In this document: in pieces, positions 50,937 through 57,702 of the stretch | Position numbering within the stretch: the first letter of the stretch is position 1 | Layout: each line of letters opens with the position of its first letter | NCBI GenBank assembly: GCA_031406385.1 | Contig: JANOHI010000022.1 | Span: forward strand, 1-57,702 | Direction of reading: 5' to 3' | Length of the DNA stretch: 57,702 nucleotides | Source: Acidimicrobiia bacterium | Lineage (GTDB): Bacteria > Actinomycetota > Acidimicrobiia > Acidimicrobiales > JANYDT01 | Position numbers and translations under genes: made by a program | The notes under the pieces: generated by a model | Databases searched by the model: none | The model's input: the letters and a program-made list of their open reading frames with translations, nothing else | What the model was told of the DNA's origin: nothing

Positions 50937-51529
50937 ATACGCACTTCTGGTGGTACGTGGCCCGAGGTTCCGGGATCTCGTCCTGGTTGTTCGGTGCGAC
51001 GTCGGTCATGACGGGACTGCTCCTCTCTTCGAAGGCGACCCTCAAACCTCGGCCGAACTGGCAGCTCGACCTCCACCGCTACCAAGGGGCCGTATCCCTT
51101 TCGATGCTTGTGCTCCACATCTCGGCCCTCGTGGCCGACACCTACAGCCATTTCACCCTCTCGGGGATCTTCGTCCCGTTCGCATCGTCGTGGAAACCAC
51201 TTCCGGTCGCGTGGGGCATCGTCGCGATGTATCTCCTGATCACCGTCGAGGTGACCTCGCTTCTCCGCAAACGCCTGTCGGAGAAGGTCTGGCACACCAT
51301 CCACCTGAGCAGTCTCGTGGCCTACCTCCTTTCCACCGCCCACTTCTTCCAGGCGGGCACCGACCATCGACGCGCACCCGCACTTCTGGCGATCGTGGTG
51401 ATGACGGGTCTCAACATCGGGCTGCTGAGCTTTCGCATCATGGCTGACCCGCGCGCACGCCGAGCCGTTGGCCGGCCCGCACGAGTTGCCCTGGCCGACC
51501 CTCAGGCCTGCAACGATGTCGTGCCGTGA
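50933..51529 (+). CDS. ferric-reductase-like (MsrQ/YedZ-type) transmembrane protein
   Basis: MNTHFWWYVARGSGISSWLF... has about 6 TM helices. Spaced His residues (LHRYQG, LHISAL, HTIHLSS, TAHFF) are compatible with b-type haem ligation. An ATGA overlap joins it to apbE. Confidence 0.7.
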   Translation: MNTHFWWYVARGSGISSWLFGATSVMTGLLLSSKATLKPRPNWQLDLHRYQGAVSLSMLVLHISALVADTYSHFTLSGIFVPFASSWKPLPVAWGIVAMYLLITVEVTSLLRKRLSEKVWHTIHLSSLVAYLLSTAHFFQAGTDHRRAPALLAIVVMTGLNIGLLSFRIMADPRARRAVGRPARVALADPQACNDVVP

Positions 51530-52254
51530 GGGTTCTCCTGGTCGAAGACGACGACGGCATCGCCCTGCCGCTCGAGGCGGGCCTCGTCCACCACGGGTAC
51601 GAGGTCACGCGGGTGTCTCGCGGCGCCGATGTGCATGCCGCTCTGCCGGTTGACATCGTGCTGCTCGACCTGGGCCTGCCCGACATGGACGGTCTCGACG
51701 TATGCCGGTCGCTGCGTCAGGTCGACGAGAAGCTCCCGATCATCGTCATCTCGGCCCGGGGGTCGGAGATCGATCGGGTGGTCGGGCTGGAACTCGGGGC
51801 CGACGACTACCTGGCGAAGCCGTTCGGCATGCGTGAGCTCATCGCCCGGATCCGGGCGGTGATGCGCCGGGCGGAGCCAGCGTCGACGGCCCCGGTGGGC
51901 GCGGAGGGGGCCGATGCGGCCGACGGTGATTCGGGTGCGCACGACTCCCGGGTACGGGCAGTAGGTGCACTTACGATTGACCTTCGCACCCACCGCGTGA
52001 CGCTCGACAGTCACGAGCTTTCACTCACCACGAAGGAATTCGGCGTACTCGCGATGCTCAGCGCCGACCCGGGCGCCGTCGTCACCCGGTCCGATCTCAT
52101 CGAGCAGGTGTGGGACGAGCACTGGTACGGGCCGACCAAGACGCTCGACGTGCACGTGGCCCAACTGCGCAAGAAGCTCGGCAATCCGGCGTGGATCGAG
52201 AACGTCCGCTCCATCGGCTACCGGCTGGTCGATCCGGCCGGAACGTCCGTATGA
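51526..52254 (+). CDS. OmpR/PhoB-family response regulator
   Basis: Receiver: MRVLLVEDDD...LLDLGLPDMDG...DYLAKPF. Winged helix: LTTKEFGVLAML...RSIGYRL. The GTG start overlaps the upstream stop (GTGA). Confidence 0.9.
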   Translation: MRVLLVEDDDGIALPLEAGLVHHGYEVTRVSRGADVHAALPVDIVLLDLGLPDMDGLDVCRSLRQVDEKLPIIVISARGSEIDRVVGLELGADDYLAKPFGMRELIARIRAVMRRAEPASTAPVGAEGADAADGDSGAHDSRVRAVGALTIDLRTHRVTLDSHELSLTTKEFGVLAMLSADPGAVVTRSDLIEQVWDEHWYGPTKTLDVHVAQLRKKLGNPAWIENVRSIGYRLVDPAGTSV

Positions 52255-52273
52255 CACCACCGGGTCGCACCTC

Positions 52274-53677
52274 GTGATCCGACGGCTCCTGGCCAGTTCG
52301 CTGGTGCTGATCTCGTTCGTGCTCGTGGTGCTCGGCGTGCCGTTCTGGGGAACCATCATCGACTCCGAGCGTCAGGACCTCCGCACCGACCTCGAGCGCG
52401 ACGCCGTGGTGCTGGCCGGCCTGGTCGAGGATTCACTCTCCGAGTTGAATGACATCGGAGTCGCCCAGGTTCGGGCTGATGCGGCGAAGGTCGCCGAGCA
52501 GTACTCGCGTCGCACCGGAGCGCGCGTGGTCATCGTCGATGCCGACGGGCTCGCGCTCGCCGACAATGAAGATCTCAGCGAAAAGAAGCGGTCCTTCGCG
52601 ACCCGCCCCGAGATGGTTGCCGCGCTCGCCGGGAGAGTCGGAGTCGACCAGCGCCACTCCCAGACCCTCGGTCGGTCAGCGCTGTTCGTCGCGGTGCCGG
52701 TCTCGTCCGGTGGGACCATGCTGGGGGCCGTCCGGCTGAGCTTCACGACCGCTGAGCTCGACCGGCGGATCCGGTCGATTGCGTGGCGCTTGGTGCTCGT
52801 GGGCGCTTCCACCCTGGTTGCCGCGAGCGGCCTTGCGGTGATCATGGCCCGCTCGCTGCAGCGCCCCATCGTCGCCCTGCGGCAAACGGCGCAGGCGTTC
52901 GGACAGGGGAATCTGCGCACCCGCGCGCCCACGAAGTCAGGAGCTCCGGAGGTTCGGGCCCTGGGTATTGATTTCAACACGATGGCCGGGCGCATCGAAG
53001 AGTTGATCACCGCCCAGGACGCGTTCGTGGCCGATGCCAGCCATCAACTCCGCAGCCCGCTGACTGCGGCGCGGCTCCGAGTCGAAGCCCTTGCGTATGC
53101 GTCACCTGACCTCCTCGCCGAGGAGGTTGATTCGGCGGTCGACGAGCTGAGCCGGCTGAGTCGCATCATCGACGGTCTGCTCGAACTGGCGAAACCGGAC
53201 CGACCCGAGTCCGCGGCCGGCCTCGTCGATCTCCAGGTCACGATCGCTGATCGGGTCGACGCCTGGTCGGCGCTGGCCGACGAGCGGGAGATCAGCTTGG
53301 TCTCTGTGACGCACCAGCCACTGCTGGGAGAGGTGAAGGCAGATCGGCTGGCCCAGATCCTCGACAACCTCTTCGCCAACGCGGTCGACGCATCGCCCCC
53401 GGGCTCGTCGATTCGGGTGTCGACGAAGACGATCGACGGTGAGCACGCGATCTGCGTTGACGACGACGGGCGAGGCATGACCGACGACCAGCGTCAGCAT
53501 GCCTTCGATCGACTCTGGCGTGCCGACAGCCGGAGAACGGAGCTCTCGGGCAGCGGTCTCGGACTGCCCATCGCCCGCAAGCTGGCCCGGGCCGACCGTG
53601 GCGATCTCAGCGTGGCGGCGTCACCGAGTGGCGGGACAAGAGCGACCGTCACCTATCCCGCTCCGACGAGAGGATGA
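52274..53677 (+). CDS. sensor histidine kinase (TM-sensor-TM, HAMP, HisKA, HATPase_c)
   Basis: H-box: ADASHQLRSPLTAARL. N-box: LDNLFANAVDA. G-boxes: DDDGRGM / GSGLGLPIA. Confidence 0.88.
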   Translation: MIRRLLASSLVLISFVLVVLGVPFWGTIIDSERQDLRTDLERDAVVLAGLVEDSLSELNDIGVAQVRADAAKVAEQYSRRTGARVVIVDADGLALADNEDLSEKKRSFATRPEMVAALAGRVGVDQRHSQTLGRSALFVAVPVSSGGTMLGAVRLSFTTAELDRRIRSIAWRLVLVGASTLVAASGLAVIMARSLQRPIVALRQTAQAFGQGNLRTRAPTKSGAPEVRALGIDFNTMAGRIEELITAQDAFVADASHQLRSPLTAARLRVEALAYASPDLLAEEVDSAVDELSRLSRIIDGLLELAKPDRPESAAGLVDLQVTIADRVDAWSALADEREISLVSVTHQPLLGEVKADRLAQILDNLFANAVDASPPGSSIRVSTKTIDGEHAICVDDDGRGMTDDQRQHAFDRLWRADSRRTELSGSGLGLPIARKLARADRGDLSVAASPSGGTRATVTYPAPTRG

Positions 53678-56352
53678 ACGAGATGCCGGTGAACACCCCT
53701 TCCTTCGTCCCCGTGCCGAGCCCGGCCGCGAACGAAACCGAAGCCATCCTCCTCCAGGGGTTGTCGTCGACCGAGGCCGCTCGGCGCCTGGCTGCGGACG
53801 GCTACAACGAGCTGCCCGTGGCCATGAAGCGCAACCTGCTGCGTCAAGCCTGGGACGTCGTCCGCGAGCCGATGCTGTTGCTGCTTCTCGGAGCCGGCAC
53901 CGTGAACTTCCTGCTCGCCGAACCGCTCGACGGCATGATCCTGATGTCGTTCGTCGTCGTGGTCATCGGCATCTCGATCTATCAGGAGCACAAGACCGAG
54001 AACGCGCTCGCCGCGCTTCGCGATCTCTCGTCGCCGAGGGCCCTCGTCATCCGTGATGGTCGCCAGGAGCGCATCGCCGGACGGGACGTGGTTCGAGGTG
54101 ACCTCGTGCTGCTCTCCGAAGGCGACCGCGTGCCTGCCGACGCCGTGCTCATCGAAGGGGTCAACCTGTCGGTCGACGAATCTGCTTTGACCGGCGAGTC
54201 CGTGCCGGTGCGCAAGTCGTCCACCAAGTCCGCAGAATCGCCCGCACCGAATCCCGACGGAGACGGGCTCGGCGGGGGAGCGGCCATGGGACCGCCCGGG
54301 GGCGACGACACGCCATGGCTGTTCACCGGCACGCTGGTCGTCAAGGGCCGCGGGACGGTGCGCATTGCGGCGATCGGTGCCAACACCGAGCTCGGGGGGA
54401 TCGGCACGGCACTGCGCACGATCGAGCCTGAGCGCACGCGCCTGCAGAGCGAGATCGATCGGCTCGTCCGGGTGGTGGCGGTGATCGGACTCAGCGCTGC
54501 GGCCATCGTCGTCGTGGCCTACGGAGCGATGCGCGGTCGTTGGCTCGAAGGTCTGCTCGCCGGGATCGCCACCGCGATGGCAATGCTGCCCGAAGAGTTC
54601 CCGGTTGTCCTCACGGTGTTCATGGCGCTCGGCGCGTGGCGGATGTCGAAGCGCAATGTCCTCACCCGACGCGCGCCGGCCATCGAGACTCTGGGGTCGG
54701 CCACGGTGATCTGCGTCGACAAGACCGGCACGCTCACGATGAATTCCATGACGGTTCGAGAACTCATCGTCGACGACGCCTCGCACTCGCTCACCGACGA
54801 GGTGCTGCCCGAGGAGTTCCACACGCTGGCCGAGTTCGCCGTACTCGCGTCACCCGTCGATCCGTTCGACCCCATGGACAAGGCGTTCCGCGTCCTCGGC
54901 GATCGCTACCTGGCGGAGACCGAGCACCTGCATGCCGACTGGGTGCTCGTCCGCGAGTATGCGCTGTCCGAGTCTCTCCTCGCGCTCTCGCACGTGTGGC
55001 GCTCGCTTGACAGCAGTCGCTACGTGGTGGCGGCGAAGGGCGCCCCCGAAGCGATCGGCGACCTCTGCCACCTCGGACCGGAGGCGATGACGGCCCTCAC
55101 CGAAGCCGTTGAAGCCGCAACGGCCCACGGGCAGCGCGTCCTCGGAGTGGCGCGGGCCTACTTCGCCCAGTCCGAGAGCCTGCCGACCGAGCAGCACGAC
55201 TTCGACTTCGAGTTCCTCGGTCTCGCTGGTCTTTACGACCCCGTGCGGCCCGGGGTTGCCGACGCCGTCGCGGAGTGCGCCAGCGCTGGTGTCCGCACGG
55301 TCATGATCACCGGCGATTATCCCGGCACCGCGCTCGCGATCGCCCGCGAGATCGGCCTGGACCATGCCTCGGGCTGCATCACCGGGCCTGAGCTCGCCGT
55401 GATGTCGGACGACGAGTTGGCGCGTCGCGTTCGCACGGTCTGCGTTTTTGCCCGAATGGTGCCCGAACAGAAGCTCCAACTCATTCGCGCGCTGAAGACG
55501 AACGGCGAGATCGTTGGCATGACCGGCGATGGTGTGAACGACGCGCCGGCACTACGGGCGGCCGACATCGGCATGGCGATGGGCGCACGCGGGACCGACG
55601 TGGCGCGGGAGTCGGCCGCGCTCGTGATCACCGATGACGACTTCGCGTCGATCGTTGGTGGCATCCGTCAGGGACGCGGCATCTTCGACAACCTCCGCAA
55701 GGCCATGGCGTACATCATCGCCGTGCACGTGCCGATCGTCGGGATGTCGATCGTTCCGCTGTTCGTCCGCGATTGGCCCCTCGTGCTCCTCCCGGTCCAG
55801 ATCGCCTTCCTCGAACTGATCATCGATCCGGCGTGCTCGGTCGTCTTCGAGGCCGAGGAGATCGACACGAAGATCATGGAACGGCCACCTCGTCCGGCCG
55901 GGAACGCGATGTTCGACCGTCGGGTCCTGACCATCGCCGTCGTCCAGGGGTTGTCGGTGCTCGCGGCGGTGGTCGCGGTGTACCTGTGGAGCGTGCTCGG
56001 CGATCGACCCGACGATTCCGTCCGATCGATCACCTTCGCCACGCTTGTGCTTTCGAACCTCGGGCTCATTCTCGTGAACCGGTCATGGCGCCTTTCGATC
56101 TGGCGTACGTTCGTCGAGCGTCGCAATCCCACGCTGAAGTGGATCCTCGCCTCGGCACTCGTGCTTCTCACCCTCGTCCTTACCGTTCGGGGGCTTCGCA
56201 ACGCGTTCAGCCTCGGCTCGCTGTCCTTCGCCGATGCCTTGGTTTCGTTCGTGGCCAGCCTTGCCGGCGTCGCCTGGTTCGAGGTCTACAAGGTACTGAT
56301 GGCCCGCAGGGGACTAGGCCAGGGTCGGACCGGGGCTCGCAACAGCGAATGA
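53674..56352 (+). CDS. cation-transporting P-type ATPase (P2-type, Ca2+/cation-like)
   Basis: Motifs: TGESVPV, ICVDKTGTLT, MITGD, MTGDGVNDAPAL. The 892-aa protein has an ATGA overlap with the kinase gene. Confidence 0.92.
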   Translation: MNEMPVNTPSFVPVPSPAANETEAILLQGLSSTEAARRLAADGYNELPVAMKRNLLRQAWDVVREPMLLLLLGAGTVNFLLAEPLDGMILMSFVVVVIGISIYQEHKTENALAALRDLSSPRALVIRDGRQERIAGRDVVRGDLVLLSEGDRVPADAVLIEGVNLSVDESALTGESVPVRKSSTKSAESPAPNPDGDGLGGGAAMGPPGGDDTPWLFTGTLVVKGRGTVRIAAIGANTELGGIGTALRTIEPERTRLQSEIDRLVRVVAVIGLSAAAIVVVAYGAMRGRWLEGLLAGIATAMAMLPEEFPVVLTVFMALGAWRMSKRNVLTRRAPAIETLGSATVICVDKTGTLTMNSMTVRELIVDDASHSLTDEVLPEEFHTLAEFAVLASPVDPFDPMDKAFRVLGDRYLAETEHLHADWVLVREYALSESLLALSHVWRSLDSSRYVVAAKGAPEAIGDLCHLGPEAMTALTEAVEAATAHGQRVLGVARAYFAQSESLPTEQHDFDFEFLGLAGLYDPVRPGVADAVAECASAGVRTVMITGDYPGTALAIAREIGLDHASGCITGPELAVMSDDELARRVRTVCVFARMVPEQKLQLIRALKTNGEIVGMTGDGVNDAPALRAADIGMAMGARGTDVARESAALVITDDDFASIVGGIRQGRGIFDNLRKAMAYIIAVHVPIVGMSIVPLFVRDWPLVLLPVQIAFLELIIDPACSVVFEAEEIDTKIMERPPRPAGNAMFDRRVLTIAVVQGLSVLAAVVAVYLWSVLGDRPDDSVRSITFATLVLSNLGLILVNRSWRLSIWRTFVERRNPTLKWILASALVLLTLVLTVRGLRNAFSLGSLSFADALVSFVASLAGVAWFEVYKVLMARRGLGQGRTGARNSE

Positions 56353-57246
56353 CGGCCAGTTCGGGCTGTGCGAGACGGTCGCGTCGGCATCGACGAAGAG
56401 TCCTTCTCCGCCGAGCAGGGACAGCACTTGCCGCGTTGATCTGCGGTCGATCATTGCGACCTTGGTGAGCACCTCGGCCCACCAGGCCTGGCCGGCGATC
56501 ATCGTCGCGGCGATGAGTCCCGTACTGGGCTTCCCGGTCCGAGGGACGAGGAGATGGTGCCGCTCGGTCGTTCCCGTCCTCCATCGTCGGATGAGCCGAT
56601 TGCTCGTTGCCATTGCCTGATCCTGGAGCTCGACGACGCAGATGAGGTCATCGGAAAGAAACGGGTTGGCAACGCCGATGCGCCATCCGCCGGAGGGTGG
56701 GTCACCCATGCAGCGGAGATCCCCGCCCATGTTCACGCATGCGCCGCGTGCTCCCGAATCGATCAGCATCTCCGCGATCAGGTCGGCCGCAAGACCCTTG
56801 CCGTAGCCGCCCGGATCGATCCCAACTCCCATCGGGAGCCGCACCGACCTCGTTGCCTCGTCGAGCTCGATGCCGGCACAACCCGGAGCTTTCGTCGGTC
56901 GGCATTCAGGGATGATGGTGGGGAGGTCGGTGAAGGAGCGGTCGTATCCCGAAGCGACGACTGCGGCGAGGACGGTCGGATCGAAACGCCCACCGGTCAT
57001 CCGCTGGGCGGCAACGCCGTGCTCGATGAGCAGGTAGGTGTCCGCGCTCACCCGTCGCTCTTCTCCGCGTCCGGCACTGAGCAGACTGAGTTCGCTGTCA
57101 CCGCGAAATCGGCTCCAACGCGATTCCAGAGCCTCGGCTCGGTCGGGGGCCCGTTCGGCCAGTTCGGCTGCTCGGTCTCCGACAACCGTCACCTCGCAGT
57201 CCGATCCCATGGACCGGAACGCGAGGGACGACATCGTGGGAGTCAT
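56314..57246 (-). CDS. apbE: FAD:protein FMN transferase (ApbE family), second copy
   Basis: The pattern FRSMGSDCEVTV..., DPGGYGKGLAADL, HHLLVPRTG matches ApbE. I use the ATG at 57246; the track start is 57441. The 3' end overlaps the convergent ATPase gene by 39 nt. Confidence 0.8.
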   Translation of the reverse strand: MTPTMSSLAFRSMGSDCEVTVVGDRAAELAERAPDRAEALESRWSRFRGDSELSLLSAGRGEERRVSADTYLLIEHGVAAQRMTGGRFDPTVLAAVVASGYDRSFTDLPTIIPECRPTKAPGCAGIELDEATRSVRLPMGVGIDPGGYGKGLAADLIAEMLIDSGARGACVNMGGDLRCMGDPPSGGWRIGVANPFLSDDLICVVELQDQAMATSNRLIRRWRTGTTERHHLLVPRTGKPSTGLIAATMIAGQAWWAEVLTKVAMIDRRSTRQVLSLLGGEGLFVDADATVSHSPNWPSFAVASPGPTLA

Positions 57247-57701
57247 CAGCTGTAGGACGCCATAGCTCCTGCAGCGATGCCGCCGGGGTTCACCACGGCG
57301 CCGGCGAACACACTCTGCCCGACGGTGCCGATGATCTTGCTCCCACTCGACACCGTGATCACGCCGGAGGTCTTCGCCGGCAGTGTTCCGGTGCAGGTGT
57401 AGCTGATGGGGGAGGTCGGCACATGGGCATACGGAGAACACGACCAGGAGCCGGTTCCCGCCTTCGCCTCGAGGTAGTTCGGAAGGGCACCCGTTGACGA
57501 GAGGGTGATGATGACGCTTACGCTTGCTGATGTCGTGCCGTCATTCGTGACGGTCGTGTCGACCTGGATGGGTGCGCCGATCGTCGTCGCCAGGAACGCT
57601 TGCGATGCCCGAATCGTCGGTGCCGGCTTCGCCGTCGTCGTCGTGGTCGTTGGTGCTGCGGTCGTCGTCGCCGGCTTCGCCGTCGTGGTCGTCGGAGCCG
57701 G
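57246..57701 (-). CDS. partial CDS (3' end only): exported protein with a Thr/Pro-rich linker and a DUF11/CARDB-like Ig-fold domain
   Basis: Not in the ORF track (no start in the window). Hand translation gives PAPTTTTAKPATTTAAPTTTTTTAKPAPT...IQVDTTVTNDGTTSASVSVIITLS...WSCSP...YTCTGTLPAKTSGVITV...AGAMASYS*. The third codon positions are G/C-rich. The stop TGA (57248-57246) overlaps the apbE ATG by 1 nt. Confidence 0.5.
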   Translation of the reverse strand, partial: PAPTTTTAKPATTTAAPTTTTTTAKPAPTIRASQAFLATTIGAPIQVDTTVTNDGTTSASVSVIITLSSTGALPNYLEAKAGTGSWSCSPYAHVPTSPISYTCTGTLPAKTSGVITVSSGSKIIGTVGQSVFAGAVVNPGGIAAGAMASYS

Positions 57702-57702
57702 T

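Noticed and set aside
57249-57441. 65-codon N-terminal extension of the second ApbE (track start 57441).
   Set aside because: The extension is His/Arg-rich and overlaps a better-supported frame: the DUF11-like partial CDS, which has G/C-rich third positions. ApbE homology begins at the ATG at 57246.

Overview
This is a 57.7-kb, high-GC (actinobacterial-type), densely coding chromosomal window. I saw no rRNA, tRNA, CRISPR array, transposase or integrase. All coordinates for shortened starts, repeats and motifs were derived by hand and anchored on ORF-track codons.

Layout:
- 0.2-5.8 kb: a GntR-linked BMP-family ABC uptake operon.
- 6.0-30.1 kb: two tandem, same-strand, paralogous signalling modules of about 10 kb each, separated by about 3.4 kb (AAA ATPase, phosphotransferase, SDR).
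- 30.3-31.8 kb: two toxin-antitoxin pairs.
- 31.9-49 kb: housekeeping and metabolic genes (GGT, acyl-CoA synthetase, DUF2786, SDR, methyltransferase, DUF1330, extradiol-dioxygenase-like VOC, class-V PLP enzyme, S4 protein, serine hydrolase, metallophosphoesterase, large polytopic membrane protein, enoyl-CoA hydratase).
- 49.2-56.4 kb: a translationally coupled operon (two small membrane proteins, ApbE, ferric-reductase-like membrane protein, OmpR-type two-component system, P-type ATPase).
- 56.3-57.7 kb: a second ApbE coupled to a partial DUF11-like exported protein.

Each signalling module encodes, in order:
- a giant cytoplasmic histidine kinase built from a tandem array of GAF domains (about 11 in a 2200-aa kinase, about 10 in a 2446-aa hybrid kinase);
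- a wHTH (AbiEi-like)/DUF559-like protein;
- a stand-alone receiver (module 1) or an SDR (module 2);
- a receiver-fused class III nucleotide cyclase.

Most interesting signals:
- Both kinase genes are preceded by a CRP/GlxR-type TGTGA-N6-TCACA palindrome at identical spacing from an identical 15-mer carrying an extended -10-like box. This suggests a cyclic-nucleotide feedback loop around a multi-GAF phosphorelay.
- The two modules distribute the same four-step phosphorelay differently across proteins.
- The DUF559-like genes are each bracketed by direct repeats that copy the 3' end of the upstream kinase gene.
- A hairpin box with a compensatory base-pair change recurs after three consecutive genes.
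- A 40-nt palindromic element is shared by two intergenic regions.
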